Assembly (NCBI GenBank): GCA_963693365.1
Contig: CAVNZM010000002.1
Coordinates: forward strand, 5,906,259-5,970,258
DNA length: 64,000 nucleotides
From: Amoebidium appalachense
Taxonomy: Eukaryota > Protista > Ichthyosporea
Direction: 5' to 3'
Shown: piece after piece, positions 28,801-47,978 of the stretch
Layout: each line of letters begins with the position of its first letter
Numbering within the stretch: the stretch's first letter is position 1
Notes under the pieces: generated by a model
What the model was told of the DNA's origin: nothing
Database searches by the model: none
What the model saw: the letters and a program-made list of their open reading frames with translations, nothing else
Program-made: the position numbers and the translations under genes

Positions 28801-31190
28801 ACAGTCAGGATCGTGCCGTTAGGTCCCCCCGCTAGGCTGCCATTGGATGCACCATTCTGTGTGCCCCCCTCAGCCAATCAGGCACAGCCATTAAAACACA
28901 ACACCAGCACACCACGCGGAAATAGTGAAGAACTGCAAGGCGCAGTAAGTTGCAGGCTTTCGGAACAACTTTCCATGACAGTGTCTGTTTATGCCCTTCA
29001 TAAACCATTTAAAGAGCCATTATGATTGGCTCTTTGCGCTTTACACGCACCTCTGGGGCCACGCCAGCGTCACTCTCACTGGTGAGGGCATACTGCTGCA
29101 GCCCATTGCCTGTGCCCACATAGGCCGTGGCTGGCGCCATGCTGTTGGCCTCAGTTGCAAACCCCAGCCCAAACCTGTAACCATATATGGTCAGTGTCCG
29201 CCAATGCTCATTGGTGCGCATATGCATGCTTGTGCATCCATAGTGGCCCATACTCGCTACACCAACTCTATTAGCCTAATGAGGAAGCATGTGATTGGTC
29301 CACCCACCATCCCGTGACGTCACCCTGTATGCGGGCCCTCAGGGTCACCTGCCCACCCTCCACCTTCCAGCCAAAGCTTACTCTCTGGTCGACCTGCCGC
29401 TCAAAGTCCACTTCCGGGTCGCTTGCAGGGCACAGGTCACGGTTCGGGCCGGGTATCTGTGTTGGGGGTGGCCCGGAAGTAGTGGTGGTAGTTGCATCGT
29501 TGGTGTCTGCATCGCCACTGCATTGTCTGAGGTTTAGGGTGGCACCCCCTCTGCGCCCAAGGTGGTTGTTGGGTACAGGCCCAGTCCCGGCTGCCCAAAG
29601 AAGATGTGTGGGGGGTAGGTCCTGTGGGGTGGAGGGAGGGTTAGTGTGTGGGTGTGTTGTGATAGTGTTAAGTGTGGGGTGGCGGGTGGGTGAGTAGAGG
29701 AATCCAGAGTCGCATGAGTGGTGGCAGAGGCCGGTTAAGAAGGTCCTCTGAGTTCCTTTCTGGGTGTGCCTTGGATTTGTGTTGTGGCAGAGCTTTGTCT
29801 GTGGTTAGGTGGCATGTAAATCATGGTTCAAGGGGGTTTAAATTGGACTGTGAGGAGGGGGCGGGGTTAAGGGGGGGGGATTTAAGCCAGTGCTCACGTT
29901 CACGTCCTGGTCCATGTTCCGTGTGAAGTGCAGGAGGGTGCGCTGATTGGCCGCATCGACCTCCACCGTGCCCCCAACAAGCATGCTCTGGTCGGCCTGT
30001 GGACATCGGGGGAGCATTAATGATGGGCCATGAGAGGTGCAACACTCAAGAGTAGGCAAAGGAGGAAAAAGGAATCATAGAGAGGAAATGATGGGAATTG
30101 CAATTGGTAGATGGTGGAGGTGTGGAAACTGGCATGCAGCAAGGGGAGGGGGGGGGGGGGGGGGGGGGAGAGGGGGGAAGGGGGGTGTGATCTGAGAACT
30201 TGTGATTATACATAGAAATTAACTATGCATGCCACCAATCAAATAATGCATCAAACTAACACCTGTGATGTCCCAGCATGCCCAACCAATCATAGTTCAC
30301 GATGCATAACCATATATGGTGGTGCATACCTTTGGCTGCACACCCTGTTCAGACCGTGCAGTGATCAGCACCTCTCTGACCCCTCCACCCTGCACACTGC
30401 CCACCCAGCCAATGGCAGGCACCATCGAGGGTGTCTCTCCAAAGGCCACCGCCACCCTTCAACAAAATTTGGTTAGAATGGGGACCAATCACATTGAAGG
30501 TTTAACTGTTGAGCAGTTGGTTGGTTGTGCATGTGGGATATGTTTGTGAGATCCTAGCGCACAGGTGAATGTAGATGAATCACGTGCGATACGTTGATTT
30601 AGTTTAAGGGCGGCCGAAATATCGTTCTAGGAAAAGAGAAAAGGGGGAGGGGGGGAAGGGTTTTTGGGGGGGGGGGGGGGGGGAGAAGTCGTGAGGGTTC
30701 TCAAAGATGTGCATCAATTCGGGTTATTTTTTGCAACGGTTTTTTTTGGTGTGTGTTTGCGTGTATGCGCGTGTGTGCGCCGGGAGGGGAGGGGGGGGGG
30801 GGGGGGGGGGGGGGGGGATCAGACTGGAAAAGCGCACAAAGCAAAAGTTTGCTGGCAAATTTCTTTTTGTTCTGGAGAAACAAATGCACTTGCAATTGGC
30901 AAGTTAATTGGTCGTCATGCTTCAAGTGCCACAAATAATCTATCAAAATGCACATTATCTGTGCATCTGCACCTCCCACCTTACCATCCTGGAGGAGGCA
31001 GGCCGCCAAAGTCAGCCGTGACTATGAGCTGGCGGCCATCGACCCTCCAGGCAAAGGCCATGTCTGGGCTCAGTGTGGCCACGTGCAGACTGTCGTTTGT
31101 GGCCGCACAGCGCACGGGGGGGGCATCTTGGGCCCATGTGTGGGTAAAGGCACAGGCAAGGAGCGTGAGAGCTAGGTGGCACCTCATCAT
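22406..31190 (-). CDS. Signal peptide + 3x DOMON + cytochrome b561 protein (CYBDOM/ferric-reductase-like), 15 exons
   Basis: Approximate exons 31190-30985, 30457-30330, 29996-29897, 29621-29309, 29174-29051, 28856-28763, 28517-28385, 27642-27441, 26809-26680, 25982-25881, 25352-25135, 24037-23978, 23432-23352, 23097-23005 and 22687-22406 splice in frame. DOMON motifs: GWVAVAFGETPSM, GWFGLGFATEANSM, GWLAFGLSDRPSSM. b561 histidines in AHGALMATAW, WFHAHWILQ, PHQVIG and RLAWEYAHKGNG. Confidence 0.9.
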
Positions 31191-32203
31191 ATAAGTAGTT
31201 GTGGTGACTTATCTAACTAAACGGATTCAAGTATTGACCACCAAAATGGGCACAGTAACATAATTCGGCGCCGAGTCGAGCGAGAAATTGGTGGTCGAGA
31301 GAGGCACAACGTCGTACGCGTGCTACATAAGACGATGTGATGAGCTTGAACTTTAGGTCTACACATGTACAGAGGGATACGAACACCCGCTCAACTTTGC
31401 CTTAACCACACGTATGCTTCTTTGCGAAGGGTGCTAGGTTGATCTAATGGCCCACATGCAGAAGTGGAGGTGTATACGTGCTCAGGGCGTCCACTGACTA
31501 TTATGCATGTGGCAAGACCCACAAAGGCGTTATCTCTGCACGGCGTCATCTTTTCACTCATCCCGTACCATCACACATACACACGTGCAGGCTGGGGGGC
31601 CACCGTGTGACACCCGTTCCCATGCGGCAGGGGCAGCAAGGGTTGGCAGGTACCAGGTCGAGAGAGAGGCCAATTGCATACCGCATTGCTGTCGAGACGT
31701 GGGACATCTCTCTAGCTCAGTCACGTCTGTTCATGTCGCTATCTACTGATATGCAAAGCCCGGCCCCAGCCCCAATGTATGTCATGGGTACACAGCAAGA
31801 AATGTTGCGTCCTAATATTATTTTTCACGGCTGTGCACCTTTCCTGTATGCCATCAAAAGCACTCGCGCGCTCTGGGCACCGGTCATAACCCATTGCAGA
31901 GTAGAAAACGGCGACCAGCTCGTTGTGCGCATCGTGACGCTAGGTGATTGAATGCTTTCAACAACTGTATGGTGCAGTTTTAGCCAATCATATGGAGAGA
32001 GACCGGAGGAGGGTAAATGTAGTTATGTCCCCAAAGTGCTGCTCAAGATAGTTCAACAACATGCCAGTTCAAAGTCCGACTGTTAGAAACTGCAACTGTG
32101 CAACAAAACCTCGTGCGCATGCGTACTATTCGCGCGCACACCTGTCACCCCTTTCTTCCTTCGTGCCACTGTGCGTGACCCCCCAATACCTCCCCTGGCG
32201 GTA

Positions 32204-32399
32204 ATGGCGCAGCTTAGCGAGGCGCAGCGGCGGGCCTGCGCAGAGGTGTTTGCGTTTTATGACCGCAGCCACAGCGGGCGGGTGGCCGTGGCCGACCTTG
32301 GGCCGGCACTGCGCAGTGCGGGGACGTTTCCGTCTGAGGAGCTACTGGGCGAGGCAGCAAAGAAGTACGGCCAAGGAGGTGCGTGTATATAACAACCAG

Positions 32400-32433
<34 letters not shown>

Positions 32434-32774
32434 CCCCGTTCCCCCCCTCTCCCCCCCCCAAAACCCACCCACCCACCCACCTCTCCACCCACCCCTCCAC
32501 CCACCGACCCACCCACCAGCCCGCCCGCCGGCACCAGTACCATCACCATCATCTGCCCGCTGTTGCTATGCCTGTTTCCGCTTTTCTGTTGCTAGATTTC
32601 GTGTGGTCCGCGCAGTGTTTCTGGTCTATTGGGTCCAGTCAAGTGCACTCTGTTTTATACGTTTTTTTGGAGCTTGTTCTCGTGCCAGCCACACAGGCAC
32701 ACACACACACGCGCGCGCGCGTACACACGCACACACACACACACATACAGACACGAGCACGCACCCCTACACGT

Positions 32775-32815
<41 letters not shown>

Positions 32816-34422
32816 CCCCCCCCCCCCCCTCGCCCCCCTCTCTCCCTCACTTTCTCTTTCTCTTTATCTCTCCCTCTCCCTGTGTGTGTGCGTGTGTGGG
32901 TGGAGGGGAACCGAAGCGCTTCCTCAACCCCCCCCCCCCCCCCCCCCCCCGCCCCCCCGAAACATCCGTCCCTGACTTTTTAATGCTTTTGGGCCGCGGT
33001 CGTCGCCAACTCCCAGACTCCTCTTACCTCCTTGCCCATCACACACGCACCCCACACATGCGACGAACACACACACACCTACAAATACAGCTGCCTGATC
33101 TTCCTCTCCCACTTTCGTACTATCCTTCCAAGTTCCCACGCCCACACCCCACAACCTGATATCCACATACCACTTTGGCAGCCTCCTCCACTGCCCCTTC
33201 CTGCTGCTCTTCCATTTACCGTCAGACACGCGTGTAACCGCCAACACTTACACACAAGCATTCACGCACACAAACACGACACTGTTGCTTTTGATTGAGC
33301 CTTACACACCCATGCTGCCCTGCACCTGGCAGCAACACCACAGTTTCGTCATTTCCTTCTCAGCTCCCTTCCTTCCCTTCCCCTTCCCCCCCCCCCCCCC
33401 CTTCCCCCCCCCCCCCCCCCTCCCCCCCCTCCTTCCTTCTTCCGCTCCTGCTCTCCCCTCCCCTCGGCTCTGCCTAGGTACCCACGTATACGCCTGCTCT
33501 CTTCTTCATGCCTCTATTCGTCATATCCCGCCGTCCTGTTTCTTTCCCTTGCACGTCCCATTTTTGGGTCCCCGCCTGCCCAAAACCCACACAGAAACAA
33601 TCTTGCCACACCTCGTTGATTTTACGTACATGGAGAGGGTTGGTTGCATGGCCTTTGTGAAGTTTTTTGCTGGTGGGTGAGGCTGAATTGGGCGAGGCTT
33701 TTGTTGGTTTCTATCTCCTTTCCCCTCCTCTTTTTTTCTTTTCTTTTTCTTTTTTTTGTTTTTTTTGTTGGGGTGTGTGTGTGTGGGGGGGGGGGGGGGG
33801 GGGGGGGGGGAGGGGGGGGGGGGGGGGGGCGGAGAGAATGGGGGAATGGATTGGGTGGTGCATATGGGCATGGGTTACAGAGCCAGCCAGACCCCCCCCC
33901 CCCCCCCCCCCCTCTTTCCGCCCTAGACTCTGAAAACGATCTTATTTTTTGGCTGCATATTTCTTGGTTGCCGGTTGCGTCACGTGTTGGGTGTAAGTTT
34001 CCACACTGTGTTCTTTGTTGTTTCTTTCCTATTTGCACTACACATTTCTTAATCCATGCACCCTCCCTCCATACCACAGGCAGGGTGACGCTAGTGGAGT
34101 TTGAGGAGCTAGCAGCCAGAGCAAAGATCGAGTCTGTGGAGGAAATCATCAACGCATTCAGTGCATTCGATAAGGGTGGGTCTTGCCTTTTTTGGGTCTG
34201 CACTTGCCTTTTATGGGTCTGCATTTGCCCTTTGTGGGTGGGTGCTTGCCTTTCAAAGGTACTATGTGTGAAGGCCACATCACGTGCACGACATGGATTG
34301 CACGTGTTTGCACCATTACTGCAGCCCCCTTCCCCCCCCCCCCCCCCCTCCCCTCCCCACTCCCCCCCCCCTCCCCCCCCCCCCCCCCCCCCGCCCCCTT
34401 CCCCCCCTCAAAAAAAGGATAT

Positions 34423-34476
<54 letters not shown>

Positions 34477-34813
34477 CCACCTTCATGAGCATGTCATGTG
34501 ATATTCACTGGACGTGTTGGTTCGTTGTGCCCAGCTGGGGGGGAAGGGGGGGGGGGGGGGGGGGGGAGGGGCTCAAGGTTCATAGAACGTGGCACGTGTG
34601 TGACTGCAGGGTACATAGAACGTGTAACTGGATTGAAATCTCTCTCTCTTCCTTTCTCTGTAGGAAAAAACATGCATCTTACTCTTGCGCATTGCACACA
34701 CGCAGCACACACACACATACACACAAGCACACACGTGGGAGCACACCCACTCCCCTCCCTCCCCCTCCCCCCCCCCCCCCCCCAGACACACGCACGCGTA
34801 CACACACCACACA

Positions 34814-34868
<55 letters not shown>

Positions 34869-35143
34869 CCTTCCATGCACACATTCATGATGAGCAGCAG
34901 CCAACATATCTGCATGATGCACGTGTGTGGGGCAGTGTACGCCCTTTACCATATTAGGTGCTAACCATGACTGTTTGCACAGAGGGCAGTGGGACGGTGA
35001 GTGTGTCTGAGCTGCAGCACATAGTGGCCAGTGCGGGGGGTGGGCTGAGGGCAGGGGAGGTGGCCGACATGCTGACGTCACTGGGCATGACTGGAACCAG
35101 TGTGCACTATGAAGACTTGGTGCGTGCATTGAAACGGCAGTAG
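32204..35143 (+). CDS. Calmodulin/myosin-light-chain-like EF-hand protein, 3 exons, 143 aa
   Basis: Exons 32204-32378, 34080-34175 and 34983-35143 are GT-AG and total 432 nt. Motifs: [55 protein letters not shown]. Confidence 0.92.
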
Positions 35144-35734
35144 CCATATATGGCAATAATGGTGGCTTATATGGCTATGGATCGCCAAACATGACAACGA
35201 GGATTCTCGAATTCGGCAAGGTGCCTTTTGCTCCCCCCCCCCCCTCCCCCTGGTCCCCAAGTTTCATATTAAAATTAGGTCTCTTGACTACTGTCTAGTA
35301 TTGAAATGGCAGCACATTTTCAATGAATATGTAGCCCTTAATGACCAAAAGCGGCAAAAGGTCTGCCCCCTAGTGAGCCAATAGCACGCAGCAACGCGTG
35401 TCCATATTTGGTAATGGGAGTTGTGCATCACATAGCACGAGGTGATTCTCAGGTACCGGTATACTCCATATCTAGACTTGTCCTAATAAGGCAATAGGAT
35501 ACAGGTGGTGGCAGGGACATTGTTAGAGTGTTAGTGGCAGTGCACATGGGGGTGTGTGAGCCACCGCGGGCACTGAGTCATTTGAGCACGTGTTTACGCA
35601 CATGTGCTACTGGCTCGTTCATATGTTTTGGAACCACTGTACATACATCTACATATGTTATTGATCCGACACAAAGGTTGCTAGGTGTTTACAGCTACCA
35701 TGCACGGGCACTGGTGCCACGTGGTATGTAGCCG

Positions 35735-35825
35735 TATGACCATATAAGGTAAAACAATGACCATATATGGTATAACAATGAAAATACAATGACCATACAT
35801 GGTATGACAATGACCATACATGGAC
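35735..35825. repeat. Minisatellite, about 4 degenerate ~21-bp units (ACAATGACCATAYATGGTAT)
   Basis: Directly visible tandem copies. Confidence 0.75.
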
Positions 35826-36359
35826 CCAAAGGTATACATGTGCTGCCTCGTGCATGCCTGTCCACCGCACTCTTTATTTGCCGTCAGCCTTGTTTGCTAA
35901 TGCACACTTTCATACAACCCCACCCGGGCCCTACTTAAGCAACTCGTGATTAGGCACTTCGTACTTTGTAACACACCCCCACCACCACCCCCTCCCCCCC
36001 TATACACACACGGGCGCGCGCGCACACACACACACACACACACGAACACACGAACACACACACACACACAGGGGCCACAACCCTATCAAAGTAGAAGCCT
36101 TACGTTGAAATTGCATTAATTTATCTCTGTCATACGTGCAAGGAAGTGCCTATCTAGTCCCAATTGTCTGCCAACCTCGTGGATGTGCATATGTATACAT
36201 TTCTGGGATGCAGCTGTCTGATCACCAAACAAGTGTGGGTGATAGTATGCCATGAATTAGAGGGAGCGCCGTGTCTGCTTGTGTTATAATACCACAAAGA
36301 TAGTAATACTACCATTAGTATGATATTAACAATATTACTGGTATATGATACTACTAGAA

Positions 36360-39780
<3,421 letters not shown>

Positions 39781-40418
39781 AGGGCCTGGGTGATGTGGGT
39801 AAGCGTGTTTATGTACCTCGGGGTCAAGGTGGTGCAGTTGCGTCTGTCTGCGTCATGGGTTGTGTACATGCCTTCGTACACCGCATGCCACTGTTTCTAC
39901 ATGAAATTTATAATCGTAAAAGGCGAGCGCCTTTTCAGCTCTTCCGCGGCCGAGCCTTTTGACTCGGCCCCGGTGAGGAACTTGCTGGGAAAAAGGCGGG
40001 AACGCATATGATTAGCTAAAAACGCATCAGATGACGTCACTGAATGATCTAAACTGACTGCGCCCGCTCGCGGCTCTCGCGGCTGGCTTCGGGGCCATCA
40101 TGCTATTTTGTTGGCGTGCAAGTGTTACAGGCCTAAGAGAACAATAGAAACATGGAAACGCACACGTACACACATAAAATGGCACGCAGGCACACACAGT
40201 GTCACACATGCGCGTAGTACGTATACACAAGCACATATACACATACATGCACACGAACACGTACACGCATACATGATACACACGTGCACACGTGCACACA
40301 CACACACACGCACACACACACACACAGACACGCACAAACGTGCACGTTCGCTCGCGGACATAATTTCAGGCACACACACACACACACATGCATACACATG
40401 TTCAGTGTCACACAGACA

Positions 40419-40510
<92 letters not shown>

Positions 40511-40837
40511 CCACACACACACGCGCGCGCGCTAGACACACGAACACACACGCACACACACACACACGCACACACACACACACGCGCGCTGACACGCACA
40601 CATGTACACGTACAATTTACTTTGGACTTGTAGCGATGGAAGAACGACTACGTGGACAACTACGTGGCACTGTAGTCTGCGTGGTATGCTAAAGCTGTTA
40701 TAGGCCGCTCTATAATAATACCGTAACACAGAAATTCACATATTCCTCGGCGTTATGTACCACTGTGACAAACTCACCGCAAAAGTATATACATGCATAC
40801 ATGCACGGTGTGTGTGTGCACGTGTGCGTGTGTGCGT

Positions 40838-40878
<41 letters not shown>

Positions 40879-40879
40879 T

Positions 40880-40919
<40 letters not shown>

Positions 40920-40963
40920 TGTGCATGTGTGCTTGTGTGCGTGTTTTTTACACATGTGTGTGT

Positions 40964-43120
<2,157 letters not shown>

Positions 43121-46100
43121 ATATGTGTGTGGGTGTGTGTACATGTGTGTGTGTTCGTACGCGTGTGTGTGTATGTGTGTGCGTGTGTGTACATGTGTGT
43201 GTGTTCGTGTGTGTGTATGTGTGTGCGTGTGCGTGTGTGTGTGCGTGTGCGTGCGTGCGTGCGTGTGTGTGTGTGTCACGGTTTGTGTTGACGCTGCATG
43301 GATATCCGGCATGTTGCCCACTTTTTGGACCATCCAGGATCACTAAATGGCAGTCGTGTGATCGTGTGTGTTGGTGTGCGTGTGTGCCAACTACGCTGTG
43401 TGTATGCGTGTCCATGTATGCGCGTGTGAAACTCTAATCATACATGTTAGGAAAATTGCCAGTCCGACAAAGACACCGGCGGAGTCATCGGCGGTCGGCC
43501 CTCGCAGTTTCGCGAATGGACGTACCGGCTCGTACCGGTTGAACAGGGGCGATCGCGAAAGGTGCGGCTACTTTATTTTGCCCGCCTCTGAGACAGCCAA
43601 TCGTTGACGACCACCGATCTTGCTATTGCAATGTGGTTGAAACATTGGCGATAATTGGTTCGGAACGCATCGTGTTTTGATTGTTTATGTTTCGATTCGG
43701 AGGTTGCGGTTTTCATCGAACCGTGATCCCTCCATCGGTGCGCACAGTACGCACACATGACCATATATTTGTGTTAGTTTCCTCTTTTTTATTGCACTGC
43801 ACGGGGTTTGCTGCGGAGAGTGTAACTGTGAGTCTGTGACAGTGCTCCGCGGCCCGCGCGTGCAACAGTACTTAGGCCATTCTACGCTCCGAGTAACTCG
43901 CGAATCACGACATAGAGTGAAATTCCCAGAATTTAAGTGGAAGCCACTGGAAGGCCTATACTGTAGTCCTATACCCGAGGGCAGTGGCACACACATGGCA
44001 TTATTTATAAGGGGATTTGGCGGTATGCATCCGCATAGCATGCGCATTACAAGTGGATGGGCGTCTACGAACTTCGAATTAAATGTCAAGGTGTGGCCAC
44101 CTAAATCATTCAAACTCTCCGGACTCAGAAGTTCAGTGTATACTATGATTATGTGCACATATGCAATTGCAGAAGTTGCATTACTGAAACGAAGCATGTG
44201 TTTGGTTATGTAACCGGGCATACCCCATTAATTCACCGCCACCCTGGGCCTAATTATTAGGAGGAGTAGGTGATTGGTGTACCGTAACAATTTCGAGATG
44301 ACAGCCGATAAAAACGGTGGTAAGACAAGGGGTTATATATAGTTTGTCAATGATGAGCTAATAATAGCATTGCATTCGTGAGCTCAAGGTGGGCCCATTG
44401 CTGGCTGGGCTCTGGCATGCACCTACTTCGTTATTGGTGACTCAGCAAATGCTAGTACTGGAGTAACAGTAAGTTGACCACGGATCGTTAAGGTTGCACT
44501 AACCGTTGCAGCTTAGGCCACCCACCCTACCGTGCACAAGTGCTGCAAAGCCTTCGCACACATACACAAACACAAGCATATTACCATGCCATTCTCACTT
44601 GACTATAAATTTCTCCCGTCCTCGGTATTTTTGCCTCCCTCCCCGCACCCAATTGCAACCTCGGACTGCAGCACGTACGTGCATGCATGCCACCTGAATT
44701 GGCCAACTCGCGGCTCCGCAGCTGGAATTTCGCCCGTGTTGGTGCGCGTACATGCACGGTGGTGATAAGCGCATGAGACGAACAGGAAACAGAACTCTAT
44801 GTTGCTGGTGCCTACAGTACGTACGGTATGCACATTTCTTAAGCCACTCTCTGGTCACTTGAACACTGTTGTTCAACTGTACGTGACTCATTCGCATGTC
44901 AACACATCGATGAACACAGTTTGCTCTAGGTCTGCTTGCATATATCTCGTGTTGGTTGAGAGGTGCATGCATAAGTTACTTGGGTGGGACATATACCCGG
45001 AGCCACCCAAAAACAGGGGATTTGGACGATCAGGACTTTCAAAAACCTGTTAAAAAAAGCCTTGTGAGCTGCATGCAGCCAAACCTTATGATTTTAACCC
45101 ATAAATATTGACGGGGAAACAAGTCCAGACATCCCGTTCGAATTAACTGCGTGGTTCTTTGGGCTTTGCACTGCAGAGTTGCAGAGTGGGCATTTTGAGA
45201 GCTCTTACAAATCCGAAATAACGGGAGTGCATTTAATTTGTGCTCAAGTCTCTCCTCTGAACAATTTCTTATAATAGATATTCTTTGGGCACATCATACT
45301 CAGAAGCAGACTTCTAGCAAACACACATCCGCAAATTACCAGCCACTCCACATCCACACCGTGTGGGCAACCATCATCATGGCACACCCACAACCACGTG
45401 GTCTGCTACGGCATGCCCTCCTCGTACTATCTTGCCTACTTCCTGCACCAAGTCTTGCGCAGAAGGCACACTTCTACAACTCCGAGACCAGCATCAAGTC
45501 TTTTGATGCCCAGGCTGCCTACCTGTGCACTCAGTCCGCCCTGCGCTGCTGCGGCCAACACGCCCCCTGTAACTTAGAGGTTTCTCTGTGAGACTTTATT
45601 ATTTGCTGACTTCCATTGACTGGCCCTCCGGGACCTTTATATACTTGTGGTCTGGCTCACTGGAATGTTACATACTATTCCCGATTGGTCTACCCGCCGC
45701 TATGGATCTAGTCGCTACCAATCAAAACACTCCAATAGAATCTTCTAGACTCTTCTAGATCTATCCTGATCTATCGTGAACCTATCCACCAGTTTATCCC
45801 GAATATCTCGAATATTCCCGATCACTAGTGCTACGCTAACGCAGGGCATACCGGATGGCTATCCTGTTCGACACCCCCACTTGCACTGTGTTCTATCTAT
45901 CTACCGCATGCAACCTAAACCTAAGATGCAACTCTAAAACTATGCTACTATACTAACACATATAACACCTACTACACGAACATTAACACTACACTAATTG
46001 TAGTTCTTACTCAGCCATGCCGATGGCCTGCCGATGCTGCACTAACTTAAGTCTCCCTAAAGCTTTGGTGCACATGTCGGCCACGTTACTGTTCGTGCTG

Positions 46101-46636
46101 CAATACACAAGTTCTACATCCCCATTCTCCACACACTCACGGGTGTAGTGGTACTGAACGTCGATGTGTTTGATGCTGGCCTGGAGATTGCTTCTTCCAG
46201 TGTCACAGGGTCATCCTCATTGCTATCAGCACTCTCAATTGCCATGCTGATACTGTCGCGGTACTCTACTACACCTGCGTTGATGCCGTAGGTCCCACCG
46301 CGCCTTGTAGTCATAGACGGATAGGCACTTCTGGTTGCAACCTGCAACTCTGCACTATCTTCCTCGTCTCCTGACCCTGCCGCGTCCGAATCGCCGCTGT
46401 CCTCGCCCGCGCCGTCGCCGATAGCATCTGAATCATATCCACTGTCAGTGCCGATTGCAGGCTTCCGAAAGGAATGTTGCTTCTTGACGCTGATTGGATT
46501 CCTCGATTCCAAGCTCTGCTGATTTCCGATTGGCTTATGCATCAGCAATTCCATTGGCTCATCTTGCACCACCGGAATACCGGCCTTTGGGGTGCATGAT
46601 TCATCGATCACCACATCTCGCCCGACGATAGTCTTG

Positions 46637-47776
46637 CGCGCCTCGGTGTCCCACAACAAGTACGTCTTGCTGTCACCTGTGTAGCCGACGAATTTACACT
46701 CCCGACTCTTGGCGTCTAGCTTCCTGCGCTCGTCCTTCGGCACATGGACAAATGCCTTGCTACCAAATACACGTAGATGGCTAACATCGGGCTTCTCTCC
46801 ATACCATGCCTCCCAAGGTGTCATGCCACCCAGTACTGTGGTTGGCGTCAGGTTCTTGATTTACACAGCTGCCTGTACTGCCAGCTGCCAGAACCCCATA
46901 CTCATGCCTGCTGACTGCAGCATGCAGCGCGCCGTCTCGACAATGGTCCTGTTAGCCCTCTCTGCTACACCATTCTGCTCTGGTGTGTAAGGGACTGTCG
47001 CCTCATGTTCAATGCCGCATGCTTCCAGGAACGACTTGAACTCAGTGGAGGTGTACTCACCCCCGTTGTCGGAACGCAGAATCTTGATGCTGGCACCGTG
47101 TTTGTCCATGTGCCGAAGGACGAGCGCAGGAAGCTAGACGCCAAGAGTCGGGAGTGTAAATTCGTCGGCAACACGGTGCCAGCATCAAGATTCTGCGTTC
47201 CGACAACTGCCAGCCACAGTACTGGGTGGCATGACACCTTGGGAGGCATGGTATGGAGAGAAGCCCGATGTTAGCCATCTACGTGTATTTGGTAGCAAGG
47301 CATTTGTCCACGCGCCTCGGTGTCCCACAACAAGTACGTCTTGCTGTCACCTGTGTAGCCGACGAATTTACACTCCCGACTCTTGGCGTCTAGCTTCCTG
47401 CGCTCGTCCTTCGGCACATGGACAAATGCCTTGCTACCAAATACACGTAGATGGCTAACATCGGGCTTCTCTCCATACCATGCCTCCCAAGGTGTCATGC
47501 CACCCAGTACTGTGGTTGGCGTCAGGTTCTTGATGTACACAGCTGCCTGTACTGCCAGCTGCCAGAACCCCATACTCATGCCTGCTGACTGCAGCATGCA
47601 GCGCGCCGTCTCGACAATGGTCCTGTTAGCCCTCTCTGCTACACCATTCTGCTCTGGTGTGTAAGGGACTGTCGCCTCATGTTCAATGCCGCATGCTTCC
47701 AGGAACGACTTGAACTCAGTGGAGGTGTACTCACCCCCGTTGTCGGAACGCAGAATCTTGATGCTGGCACCGTGTT
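46637..47776. repeat. 466-bp direct duplication inside the integrase, with a 208-bp scrambled junction
   Basis: 46637-47102 matches 47311-47776 with one SNP seen (46861 T vs 47535 G). The junction is built from inverted local fragments. Confidence 0.93.
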
Positions 47777-47978
47777 GCTTCTCTACGTGTGCCTTGTACT
47801 TCTTGAAGTAAGTATGCACTTGGGATTTATGTTTCATGAAGTACACCGTAGTGAACCTTGTCTTGTCGTCGATGAAGGTGACATAATACTTGGAACCTTG
47901 CAGCGACTCCTTGTTGAACGGTCCTGCCACATCAGAATGAACTCTGTCGAGCTTCGCTGGCGCTGTCTTGCGGGGTAG

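Noticed and set aside
31478-31951. 157-aa ORF between two divergent genes
   Set aside because: GTG start and no motif; most likely shared promoter sequence.
43440-44500. Non-repetitive stretch with 125-178 aa ORFs
   Set aside because: No recognisable domain, termini or TSD. It could be a decayed element but I cannot support a call.
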